From contig CM082581.2 in the NCBI GenBank assembly GCA_040954595.2, positions 8,845,878-8,909,877 of the forward strand: a stretch of 64,000 nucleotides of DNA. The letters run 5' to 3'. The DNA is from Balanoglossus misakiensis (Eukaryota > Animalia > Hemichordata). Positions 26,601 through 40,100 of this stretch are shown piece after piece. A model generated the notes under the pieces. It ran no database searches. It saw nothing but the letters and a program-made list of their open reading frames with translations, and was not told where the DNA came from. Numbering within the stretch: position 1 is the stretch's first letter; the number at the start of each line of letters is the position of its first letter. Both the position numbers and the translations under genes were made by a program.

Positions 26601-29600
26601 TTATACCGACATACAGGACGACGGTTGAAGAAAATATCTCCGTTCAATGGAATGAGAGAGTCCAGACTAGAACGATCGCTACTGAATTGATTATGAATGT
26701 TTAACGGGAGTCGTTATTGCTGATGGTTCGTTGCTATGGAAACCAAGGATTACTTCATAAGTATTAGAAAAGATAAACACATTCGTAGTATATGCAAGTT
26801 TTTTTGTAGCAGACATGCGTAAAACATCACAAGTCATGGACGGGTTGGTGACGTGTGTTGCGTTTACTTGTGACAATCCGTTGGCCACAGTATAACATAT
26901 TTCAGGCCTTGTCCACTGTACTGCCGGTGTCTCCTATCGTGATTAATTCCAAGCAAGTCAGCGTCGTGGTTTGTGCTGTGCTGTGGTCATCGCCGATCGA
27001 GCCCGTGTCCTGCCACTGAGTTTTCAAGACCATAAAGCTTTAACCCTGTAGAATGTTAAGTTAATGAACATTCGACTAATTTAAATCATTTGAGCGGATT
27101 ATCTTCGGAGAGCGTGAGTATGCAACAACGATTCACATTTTCAGCTTTTTTCTTTCTATATATTGCTATGTATCAGGTGGGAATTGTTACTCCTGCGATG
27201 AAACCCTGCATATCAAACAGAACCTTGTCGAATGTTTTTTTATTCAATTCCTGTACATTAATATGACCAAGACGATACGGCACATTTACAAAGTTGGCGG
27301 GAATCACGCGTTTTGTTTTCCACAGGAATATATTTCAAATGGAAAGTGAAAGGGGTCTTAAAAGTCGTTTAATTTTTTATCGAGCATCGAGTTGCTTTTG
27401 CTGCACCTTTCGATGATGAATATGTACCAAATCTTTAATGGTATTTTTTGAATAATATTTATCTTAGCAGATAGTTAAATAATATTTGTCTTAAAAGATA
27501 GTAATATTTGTGTTAGGCCGGTCTGTAAGATTAACACTGTTCTGGAAAAAAAATCGCACGTCATTGATACATACATATTTCGTACATGTACATTGTTGAC
27601 CGGCTGACGTGCAAACGTTATGGCGAATTCATTCAGTTTCACGCTGAATTAGGGATATCAAGTGAATTGCTATTTAGTGTGCAGCCAGTGTGACTCCGCG
27701 AAGTAATTTTTTCAAGTCTCCGATTCTTGCCCGAGACCTACACGTAGCTGCGCTGGTTAGTCGAGAACCTCGCCGGAAGGTTTGATTCTAGACTAACGTG
27801 AGGCCAGAGAACAAGTAACGAGTATCCCCAAATTACCTGTTCTGAATAATTCAATAGTTCCATATCGTCAATCGTCTTTTTAACCTCTTAATAACAAATC
27901 TTTAAACATTATCTCATCAGTTTACATAACCCGCGTTTGGACATGATATCGCAATGTATGCCTAGTATAGCCAGCCCTACTTTCCAGGCTCATTTGTCTT
28001 GGAATTCGATTGAAACACTGAACAAACATCGAAGAGCAGTAATCAGAATGGCGGGAAGGTCGATTGTTCGTGTACACTGTTGTTGGCGTTGTGTCTAGCG
28101 TCAAAGTCTGGCGCGAAAAGCGGATGCAAAGTAAACAAAATCAAAGACCGTGTAGATGAAAAGAAACTTCAAATGAAGAGATAACGGAATAAATGGAGTC
28201 GAGAAACCGAGACAAAAACACTGAAATACTGAGCGTGCGTATATATCATTTTATCTGATCGTTATGTCGAAATTATGAAAGTATAATATAGATTTTTTAT
28301 GAGATCTCTAAAAAATGAGAGAAAATTGAATCAGCGGTGTATCCTTTTCACTTCGTTTCCAAAGGTATTTTTCCATCAACTGTCCCCGTAATCCGGGAAA
28401 TACTGCCCAACAATATAATTAAAATTCATGGCCTTTCAATTTTACGGTTGAGAACATAAATGTGGCCATTCATGGTTACCATGGCAAAATAGATTCCTCT
28501 CAATGTCGCTTTGGGAGGAATGTTTTAGTTGTGCGTCGGAGAAGTGTGTTCAATTCAGTTGAACATGTCAGGTCTTTTTTGTGGCAATCAAAGTACAAGG
28601 CTGCCTACATTTGTATATTCTCGTTGATAACAAGGTTTTCTCTTTGCGACAACTCTAAACCAGAAATTTAGTTTAAACTATCTACAAAAAAGTATTCTCA
28701 CAACAATTCTCGATAATCAAACCCAATTCATCGAGATTTCTCGCTTTTACCTCTTAACCAACGTTCTATATATTTTTTGATTATGAAGTCACAGTATGTG
28801 ATGTCAACTTTGAAATTTTTGATGTTGAGTGACTTTTATGATTGTCTTTCTCACAAAAACAAACGGTAACTTGGCAGTCATATGAACACATACACCGCTC
28901 ATAGTAATATATATATATTTTTCTGCGACTTTTCGTCACACTATTTTACATAATATTCGTCGGAAAAAAACTACGATTTTTTCCATACAGGAAACTCCAA
29001 GTCCCACATTGCAGTGGTTTTTATGTTAAATACAATTCGAAATGAATAAAAAGCAAAGCATTCAATTAGTCTCCTAGGGGCTTTTAAGATGTTGACACCA
29101 GCGTGGCAGCAACGAGGCAGGCCTAGGCTATTATCGCTCCGTCAATAGTGGGGCGATTCTAATGTGGTTTCCATCAAATTTAATGATTGCCTTTATAATA
29201 CGACCAGATCCTTGGTGATAGTTCAGTTGACATTAAATAACATACGTTTCTGACGTTTACATGTGAGTAGTTGACAACCTGGCATTCGCAAGTATTTTTT
29301 ACGGTGAGTTTTCGGTCGAATGCGAAGGGAAAATTCGACCTCAAATACAATGTAGAAACAGTCGAGGATGCAAGTATCCGTTGCCAACGCTGCGCGCTGA
29401 TCAACATGATTGTTGCCATGGTGAGGAAATATCCGCTTCCTCGTGCTCCTTAGGAAATGAGATTCCTATTAAAACTGAATTGATATGTGATTTTCTATCA
29501 AACTGACGTAATATTCTGACTATTTCAATTTATGTATCAGACCGTGTTAACGAGACGGCTTCAAACGGCGGGTGGTCCAAGTGTTGAAGACACCTGTATT

Positions 29601-30919
29601 CAAATATTATGGAGTTGACCTTTCAACCTTTCCGTGGGGTAGAGCCATTATGCGCCAGTTTAGATCACACTCTTCCTTGCTACTGCCATTGTGTGTGGCG
29701 TACCCAGACGGGCAACGGATCGACAATATTGCATGTATAGTCTAAGGTTGTCCGCAAGTACGCCCATGGCAAAAATCCTGATTAGCAGTGCACGAAACCT
29801 GATTATTGTACTTTACGCGAGAAAAAAACAAATCATCGCTTCAGATTATCCATGCGTATATTTCAACACAGTCATCGTCACCATAACGCGATAAGATTGT
29901 ATTTGCTTATTTCATATACAGATGCATTAATGGCAGTTGTAAAATTTATAGATTTGTGTGAAGGCAAACATAAACTGCTGTAAAGCTAATGCACCCAGGC
30001 TTGCATTACCGACACTTTATCGAGAAGGGGGAACGTGGAAAAATACACATAAAAATCACACTGCAATCTGAATTTGTCTGCTCTCTGTGAATTTGCTTGC
30101 CATTCAAAATATTTATTGAACGTGGCGTGACAAAATACCCTGTTGTATGCTTCAAAACTCAAATAGAATGATGAGTTTGTACTTAGATTTAGATACAAAT
30201 TTTGTCCAGTGTCAGACGAGGTACGTGACAATGGGTATCACGGTCGGGAGAGCTTTCTACAAGCATTGAATTCTTTTACACCTACTGCGCGGGAAAAAAC
30301 TGTCCAAAGTGTGAAAATATTCAGTACATCTTCCCCAGGCCACTAAATGCAAATTTCAAAATTTCTATTAAAATGTATATGTCTCCGGTAGTGCAACTGC
30401 AGTTACAGCTCGTAAGGGACCCATACAACCGATACATACAATTTGTACTCAAAATGGGAGAGGATTAGAATTCTTCGCCATTTGCCATAACACTTATTAT
30501 TTTTAGAGATAAAACATCCCAAAACCATGATCGTGTAGTACGGAATTTAACGAGTTATAAATTTCATACCCCCATGAAGAAAATAAATACGTATACGGTG
30601 TTTGTATATTTCTGACTTGAGTTTGCACACGTCAGCCACCTTTGTGCCGAAACAATTTCATCGCTTTATTGATAACTCTGAGGGTAGGCCGATATTGATT
30701 GTGTAAACAAACTGCAAGTTTAACGCAAACGCTAAGTACACACCGTTAGACATGCCACGGTCAACGATCTCGTAGTATAGTATAGTACATGTACACGTAC
30801 ATGTACAGTGTACGCACGCAAAGAGGGTGTGATTCACCCACACCCTCAGCCCACACCCACAGCCTATACGTTCCGTTAATGAGGCTCTTGCTCAGAAGAA
30901 ACGGCTCATTATCAGCTAT

Positions 30920-30929
30920 GTGACGTCAC
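30920..30929. promoter_or_regulatory. Palindromic cAMP response element (GTGACGTCAC) upstream of VMAT
   Basis: TGACGTCA at 30921-30928, ~250 nt before the VMAT ATG, followed by YY1-like CAAGATGGCG at 30976-30985. Function is inferred; the motif occurs several times in the window. Confidence 0.4.
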
Positions 30930-31177
30930 GATTCTCACCGGAACAATTTGGAACGCGGTAGTTTTCTTTGGCTGGCAAGATGGCGTCCACATTCTCATTT
31001 ATGAGTGAACTGTGTTGACTGGTAGGGCGCACTCTCCAAGGGGAGTCACTGCAGTTTTAGACAAGAAAATTCAGTCTTTTTCCTAAAAGAAACTCTATTA
31101 CTTCTCTGCCTTGACAGGACTACGGATTTGACTTGGATTATTCGCAATAAGGGCGTCCACCATCTTGATTGTGAAAG

Positions 31178-34100
31178 ATGTCTTCATGGCTTGGAGGAAA
31201 GGCGCAACAGTTTATTCAATGGAGAGAACAATTTACTTTGAGTGGATTCTTTAGAGATATTAGATCATCAAGACGTCTAGTTCTATTCATCGTTTTCGTA
31301 GCGTTACTGTTAGATAATATGCTACTAACAACTGTAGGTAAGTAAATGTTCGAATTTTTAAAGACCCACCCTAAATAATACAGTGATATAAAGTAAATGT
31401 TTACTTATGTTGGCTCACTGTCTCGCTACTGTGGTTGGCCAAATGATGAGAAAGCTAGCAAAGTAACTCTAGACCTACCACTGCATCAGAAGCTTACTGA
31501 ATTCCCTATGTTATTTTAAATCGCGGTTTTGGAACATCAATTATTATTATGGCCTGTGCATTGTGGTCCACAATTTGCACAGACCGTTTCCTCGGTCAAT
31601 CGATTATTCGAGAACAGAGTACTATAAAATCACATTTCACTGCATTCACGTGACTTTTTCAGGCAGTAATAATTTTTTTTTTCCATTTAATCTAGTTCCG
31701 ATAATTCCAGACTACTTATTTAAGCTAGAACATCCCAATGAGTACGCATATCTTGACGGACATGGCGCCGGAAATTCAAGCTCAAACAGTTCTTCATCGG
31801 CACACAACACGACCAGTGCAAAGTACTACAAACATAGCATTTGTGACGTCGATAATGTAACATCGTGGTGCAACGTGACTGTCTTTAATGCCACAACTCC
31901 GCCTTCTACAAGTCGTGGCTACGCGCAAGATTTGAGAGACGAAAACGTCGAAGTTGGACTCTTATTCGCTTCCAAAGCCTTTGTTCAGTTGTTAAGCAAT
32001 CCCTTCATAGGACCGCTTACTAATAAGTGAGTGCTCCCTCAACGACAATGCCGACTTTTTTTACCATGTCGTCCTGTTATCATCTTAGTATTACGTTAAC
32101 ATTCAAATGACATCAACATCTATACACAATGAATACAGTATACATCGTAGAATCTAATTTCTGACTACTTTCTAAAATCCACCTGTGTCTGTATCATTTC
32201 AGAATAGGTTACAGTATTCCAATGTTTGCTGGTTTTGTTATCATGTTCTTGGCGACAATAAGTGAGTATAGGTACAACGTGAGAAATACTTTTTTTCCAA
32301 AAAAGCCGAAGAAATAGAAAATGTTAAAGTGCAAATTAACTGTAAAACGGAATTCACTGAATGCCGTCCATCCACAATTATCTTTTCGAGGCGATACACT
32401 GTCACATACGTGACCAATCAGATATGGCTTCGCAAAATGGAAGCTACGGGTCGTGCTTGCCTTACGATCTTGGTTGACTAAGAAGGGAATTTAATTTTAA
32501 TTTAAGTACATTATTAGTTATTATTTACCTTAAGTCGCATTTTAACTATCTATTTCTATTTTTCTACATTTTAAAAAAGTTTTTGCATTAGGAGAGACTT
32601 ATACAGTATTAGTGATAGCGAGGATGTTACAAGGAGTGGGCTCAGCGTGTTCTTCCGTGGCAGGTAAGTAATTTGTCTGTCTGTCTGTCTGTCTGTGTCT
32701 GTCTGTCCGTCCGTTTGCCCTATTTTCCCTATACGAATTCGTTTGAAGGCCAGCTCGTGTCTTTTTTCTTATTTCAGGTATGGGTATGTTGGCAGACAGA
32801 TACCCCGACAACGAAGAGCGAGGAAATGCCATGGGCATCGCCCTTGGTGGTTTAGCCTTAGGCGTACTCAGTGAGTATTCAACTAACTTTAAAAAAGGGG
32901 ACATTAGGTGTAACTTTTCCAAGCATTTTTTCCACACATTTCTAACTGTGAAAGGTATTCAATAACGGTTCGAAATATCCTATGTCAAGAAACACTAAAC
33001 GAATTGAAATTGACCCACGGTAATGGTGAGAACTGCATGATCTATAGAGTCTAATGGTAACATTACTTTCGTTTCAGTTGGTCCGCCGTTTGGGGGCGTA
33101 GTGTACCAATTTCTCGGTAAAGAAGCGCCGTTCATCATCCTCGCGGCGTTAGCGCTGGGAGATGGACGTAAGTCAAAAGTGAAATCCATCGCTCCTTTTA
33201 AGGAAAAGCAATAGCGCCACCAAGGCACAACTAAATGATTTTTTAACAACCTTTATGGAAATAACAGAACTAATCTAATATATTGACACGCTCAGTTTGA
33301 CCAGAAAGAGACAGTCATTCAACTTTGTCTGAATAACACAAACATTGATTCATTGATTACTATTTAGTGTTACAGCTGTTAGTATTAAAATCTGGTGTTA
33401 CCAAGGAACATCAGATGGAGGGCACGCCGCTGTTGACTTTGCTCCGTGACCCTTACATCATCATCGCGGCAGGTGAGTGAATGCGTCACGTTGCGCACAT
33501 TTTGGTCACCGGAAGTAAACCGGTAAGGGGTTCCTCCATAGTTCGAAGATGTCAACCAAAACAACTTGGCCCGCAATTATCACTTTCAGGCAAACATCCT
33601 GTTGCACGGTAGAATTTTTTCAGTATAGATGCCACCAATACATATTTAAAAAAAAACTTATGAAAAACCACACTATACAATCACCGTCCTTGTTTTCGTG
33701 TGGCGGAATACGATAACCTTCGTTAACGTTTTCTTCTCCCCCGACTGTAACAACGTCATGCGGTGGTTTACCACTGTGACAAGTCTGTTTTATATCCAAG
33801 TTGATCACTACTCCAATTTGAGTCTAGGAAATTCAAATTCCAGTCACGCTTCCTGACGAATCAGTTAGATGCAAACGAGAGTGAACCATGCTGTTGACCG
33901 TGCGTACAGGGACTGTGCCACGAATTATCAAAATACCCACATTGGTATTTGCCATCAACTGTGCAGTTTTAAGTTTCAAGTCCTTGTTAGAAAAAAATGG
34001 TGACTATTCAATATTTCATTTCTCTGATAGGTTCCATATGTTTTGCCAACATGGCGATAGCCTTACTGGAACCATCCATGCCGCTTTGGATGATGGAAAC

Positions 34101-37100
34101 CATGGAAACGGAAAAGTGGCAGTTAGGTATGTACTTAAACTACAAGTCCTTAGAATTGCCCAGCAAAGAAATGCAATAATTCATCATGTAAAATTATCTG
34201 TCCGCGAAGAATGAACTTCTGGCGTACAACGCCACAGAGTGTAGTACTTTCTGTTAAAACATGTTCTAACATGACAAGTATTGCTCAGTACTTCAATTGG
34301 ATTTCATGGTCTGTCCTCTCTCTTTTCGTTCTCATTAATTTCCTTCATCTTATCTATTCATTCGTTTATTATGTCTTAACTCTAACACTTTCATCATCTA
34401 GTTGTAAACATGTTTCTGTTTCACAGTGTCATCTAATGACTGTTATTATTTTCTTTTTTTTCACCCTTTCATCTTTCACTTCGATCCTGAAACAATGATA
34501 ATCATTTGTACTTCTCCAGAAAACTAACACATCTGTCATGCAAATATCTGTCTGATTCATTCTACAAACACTTTCAACATTCCTCATTATATTGCTAATA
34601 CATATTAGTTCTTACCACCTCGCCATATCTTATTCTATGTCTATCTATTCTTATTAAACATTGATTGTGTTCTGTTCACACACATTCGCCTCAAACACTA
34701 CAATAACTCTGCCATAATATCTTGTCTTTCATCATTCTACTTAATGTCTCATCCGTTGATCTGAACACCTTCCACACATCCGTTCTAACTGGAGCACATA
34801 TCACACAAATCACTGTATACTAACTTCATTTCCATTGTTCAAGTCTTGCCTGTCGCCTTACTTGGACTTTACCTTCTATACTTTGTGTACCTAGGCTCTT
34901 GTGAACTTGGATTTGTCAATGTAATCAACTCTCAACTGTAAATGTGTCTATTACATAAACATAGCATAAAATAAAATAACACATTAACATAACATAACAA
35001 CATAACATAACAACCTAATAATACAGTTATATACTTTTTATTTTCTTTCTTATTTCAGACTTCACTTCTATCTTCTTTCAGACCATTACTTTTACCTTGA
35101 TAGTAATTTGAAGATAAACACTCTGATTCAAATGATATTCACCGCAGTAGTTTGTTTTCTCAACTAATACCTATCATAACTTCATCATGTCCTAAAATTA
35201 AGTTCCCGGCTTAAGAAACGTAGACACAGCACAAACTGATTTTTTTTCCAATCAAATTTATACCCGAAGAAATAAAAAAGTTATCACTCCAAAGCTTGCT
35301 ATTTGAATAAGACAAATTCTTAGGATAGTTCTTACAGGCACAAGACCTGATCTCGAATTACACGGATTAATAACGATGAAAACACTATAATTTAGAATGG
35401 ACTAACTCCAGTGAGGTGTTATTGATCTATATTTTATTTACAGGAGCCGCGTTCCTTCCTGCTAGCGTATCTTACCTGATAAGTACTAACATATTTGGCC
35501 CTTTGGGCCACCGTATTGGAAGGTATCTCACATAGCAAACGTCAATAGTTAATGTTGTGTGGCGTAGACATGATGGCTATAGTTCTACCCTTCTGGTTCC
35601 GTTTTGTTTTCAATTTTATTTGCATTTCCACCAGCAACACGCTCACTATTACTATTACTATTACTATTACTATTACTCCTGCCGAAAAGAGACACTGGTG
35701 GCAAAAGGGCAAAAATTCAGACATGTACATTTCAAGAGATCGACCTTCATGCAGCCAAACCAAACTGAATGAAAACTACTATCAGATTAAGTTCATTAAT
35801 TTCCGAAATCACTGAAAAAATGTCGCACAGCAAATAAGAATGGTTCCTACAGATGATCTTTTACACACACAATGATGCCATTACCCAAAAACAAAGAAAG
35901 TGTCACATGTTCTCAACTCTTCACCCCTGACCATTCTCTCTAGCTGCACCTTACTGCGCATGTGCACCACACCCTCTTCACATTATTACTTCTAGGTTCT
36001 GACGTCATACTTTCACTAACCCGTATGTACTTTCACTAACATTCTAATTTCATCTTTCAAGGCAGCACTAACACTACTAACACTGCGAACTTTGCGTAGA
36101 TAACACAATGCATTATTGTTTTAGTATGACTTTGCTTGTATCCTTTGTTTTTGCTGTAACTGCACTTTGACCCCCTCATTATAGGTTCAATTTGGTTGGC
36201 ACCGAGTTTAGGCTACTTAATTGGCACTTATACCTTTGGTTATTTAGGAAATGTCGTAGGAAGGTAATCCATTATTTTATGTTTCTTTTCAAACAATGTT
36301 CAGTGCCAACTTGAGTTCAAGAGTTCACCTTGGGCACTGATTTGAAAGATGCCTAAAATAACCGAAGAAACAAAGTCAAAATGATAACAAGTTGCAAATG
36401 CAACAGCAAACCAGCTAAACAAAAGTTTCTTATTAACTGGAAAAAATGATAACTAAATTCTTTCCTTCCCTGGGTAAATCCTGGACTTACACATCTATAT
36501 GTATATGGGTAGTGCAATTACAAAACAAAATTAATCAACAAGAACCTTAATTGTCTTATCTAAAGGCAACGAGAAAACGTTGACTTGCATTAAGAATACC
36601 TTGATGCGATGGCACATGTAATATAACCATACTAATCGCACACCTTAAACTGCATGTTAAATGTTAATTTAACCAACAAGTTGAAACCGCAAAATGGTAT
36701 CTTTGAGAATGGAGACCAAGCATACGATACTCCGCAACCCCCGCTTCCAATGTCTTGCATGTTCCTGATCATAAGACATTTTTCAACGCTGCATGTAGCC
36801 TGCACGCTGATCTAAGTCTAACAATACAAACTTCGCAGCAGCAATTTCTTGCCAATTCAGTTACATGTTTTCCTGATTAGTTTTACTCGTCTTTTAAGTA
36901 TGAATGACCCAAGGTGACCCAGCTGTTATAGTTTGTTATGTCCACTCCATGAATGAAACGAATGAAAGCAGAGAAGGCACAGTTGACGTTTCTTCTCTTA
37001 CGTGTCACAGTAGCCGGGTGTTTTGATACAAACAACAACCATTTTTGGCTACACAGAAAAAAAACACAGTTCAGCCTCGTATGGGTTTTACTGTAATGAT

Positions 37101-40100
37101 TGAACAACATATGACAAAGCGAGTCTCTGCATTTCGTTTCATTACCCATTTATGCTGAGAGGTTGGGTGGTCATTGGTAACAAACTTGGACGCAAATTGC
37201 ATTACCAGAATGCACAGAAGGTTTTTCACAACGTTGTCTCTAGAGGGCGAACTGTTATGCATTTCTGAGTGAGCGTGACTGCATGCACATGCATATTTTG
37301 GCATACTGTATTGTCTTTCAACGTGTGTGTTCTAAATATGTAAATTAATTGGATATGGCACGCACTTGTCTATGTTAATATTGAAAGGGATGCAGACCAC
37401 ACGAACGATTGTAATTATCGTGTAATTTTAGAACCAAATCAAAATTGGATGGGAGGTGATACCATAGAGTTCAAGTTACAGTTTTGTTGCCCATGACCTT
37501 CCAATATGTTATATTAGATCTTTCTTGTTTTGTTTTGAGTAGTGATCCCGAGTTTGGTCAAAATGTGCTACACTATGTTTGTTGTTTGCATGCAATGTTC
37601 TTTCTGTGACGTCATTGGACTGAATTAATTAGCATTGGCATCAATATATATTTGCTAACTGCTCTTTTTTCCTGATGTCTTATAGGTGGCTATGTTCACT
37701 GTTGGGCATGATAATCACCGGTATATGTATGGTGTGGGTAGGTTGATCACATTTCACTACAATACTGACGGTGTTGCATTCATTTTAAAGACTTCCATAT
37801 GTTTAGTTGTCACAAAACAAGCAAAATAGCAGAGGTGGGCAGCATCACGTTCATGAAAGACACAAAAAGGATGCGTGCGCACGAATGTCTATGTTAATCG
37901 CATGACCATAGCCGACAACTCACATCGTTTCGAAAATTTAACATAACCACTTTAGCTGGCAGAAAACGTTGCCGATTGAGCCACCGATTTGTGTCTCTCT
38001 ATCCATGGCACCTTAAAATCAACGTCCTTTTTGCAGGCAAATGTTGAGTTAAGTCTGGTCCCAGTGGAGATAAAGTCTTTCACTGCTTTTTCAGTTCAAT
38101 AGTTCAATACGGTAATTTGAAAACAGTCACTTCAAATACCCAGGAGCAATGCACGACGTCAATGAATTGGTTTTGTTAAATTCTATTTTCAATTTAAAAT
38201 GGCTGACAAGGGAAATCCTTCAAGCTGCCCTGGTCATTTAAACACACACCTGTACGCAGGGAGTATGGAAGGAAAAACGCAAACAGAAGGCTTGACGATT
38301 TCGCTCTAACAGACAGCTCTCACCCGACAGAAAGCAAAGGTTGGCATTGAAGATAGGTGCCGGAAATTGATGAATACAGAAAGGAGTCGTGCGTTTCGTC
38401 TTATCTAACATGCCAGTGTCTTGGAAACAAAGACGAAAACAACACAGATCGGTATAATGCTAAAAAAATGTTCTCGGTTCATCCACCAGAGGCATAGTTA
38501 CCGTGACGACGTGTGTGCCTAATTCATATAGCCGTGGTTTAATACTAATAGCGGGGGACAAATAAACCGCGTTTCAATTGAAGCGCAGTCTTTACAACAC
38601 CGGCGATGGAGAGACTATGATAGAAGCGAATCCTGCCGAACGTGGAAAAAGAATATGGATACAGCTCAATCATAGTCCCTCCTGTGGCTCAATCAAGCCA
38701 TACGTTTTTTCCAACGCCGTCAGTTCGGTATCACGCCGTTGATATAGCTCAGCGCACATGTCAGTAGCAACTGCCTTTTATGCCGATGTATCACTCTTTT
38801 GCAAAAGTTTTCCGTTAAGTTTTAGATTTAAGGGCCAAACAAATAAGACCAATTTAAATACAACTAATACATGACATCATTGCAAAGTGACAGGCAAGAA
38901 CCACTGAATAGAATATTTCTACGAAATGACAGATGCTACAGAAAACGACAATGCAGCAAAGGCCAGGGAACCATCTGACCTATACTCACTCCTATTATAA
39001 TGTAAAGTATACTACCGCGCGATCGAATATTTCTTATTTGCAATTTTAACAGAATATGGTTGTTTTGTCAAGTTCCAATATTTGAGGCCAACAATGATAT
39101 TTCAGTAATGACCTTGTTCACGGAAAATTTGATTGGCACTTTGTCTTGTCACTGTCAGGCGGTAACATCATGGCCACTTGTGTTGCTAAGCATGATTCAG
39201 GCCGTATCGTGCATGGTGTGTGTCAACGCGCTCGGTTTCTCCCGTTACTAAGGCAACACTGCCTTCTGTTTGCACTAGCTCCTGTTTTCTTTAGCCTTAG
39301 AAACGCCGCCCAGGGCTCTTTTTGCCATTTTTGTGAAACGAAAGGCAAGTGGCACGTAATTCAATGACAAACAATTCAAAAATCAAACAATACCATTTTC
39401 CGGCGTTCCCTTTGGGTGATTGAAAACGTGTGCCGGAGATAATGAAAACAGATGGTCGCGAAAATGATGTTTACGTTGTTGTTTTGAAGAAAAAAATCCT
39501 GAAGGATCCGTACGAGTAACGACCTTCACTGCACACTGCGCGATCTTTCTGCGCACCACTAGATTACACTATTTAAAGGCCAGTCGAAGCAAGCTGTCTA
39601 TTAACATGTGAAATTTACACATATGTTGAATTCGTGTCCGGACCAACTAACCTCAGTTTCCAAGCTCAGTCAGTACACCTGTTACGTCACAGAATTCAAA
39701 CAATGCCTCCCACGATTGACCCTAGAGTCTACGGCATATGCTCCCGCCATTAATCCACCAAAGCAATATGCGTATTGGATTATCTGCCAATGGGTGTGAT
39801 ATTCTGAAATTTAAACACAGAAAGCATCGTGAGAATTATGAGATGTTGTTCGTTAAAGGTTAGATGTAACCTTGAGGAATTGTTTTCAGCATTCACGGCA
39901 ATGTTTTTCTACTCTCACTTTCTGTCGGAGACAACATGCGTAGTGTTTGCTCATGGCTTAAGTGCCCCAGGAGTGAAATCATGTGTTTGAAATCTCATCC
40001 ACAAAGTAGCTATGCTAAGTGCTTGTGGCAGATAATGACCTTGCGAAGAAGATTAACTGGAAAACGGTCAGCCTTGACCTTTAAGTAACACTTGGTCGCA

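Noticed and set aside
35542-35815. ORFs with ITITIT, YYYY or VIVIVI runs
   Set aside because: Produced by the (TATTAC)n microsatellite inside a VMAT intron.
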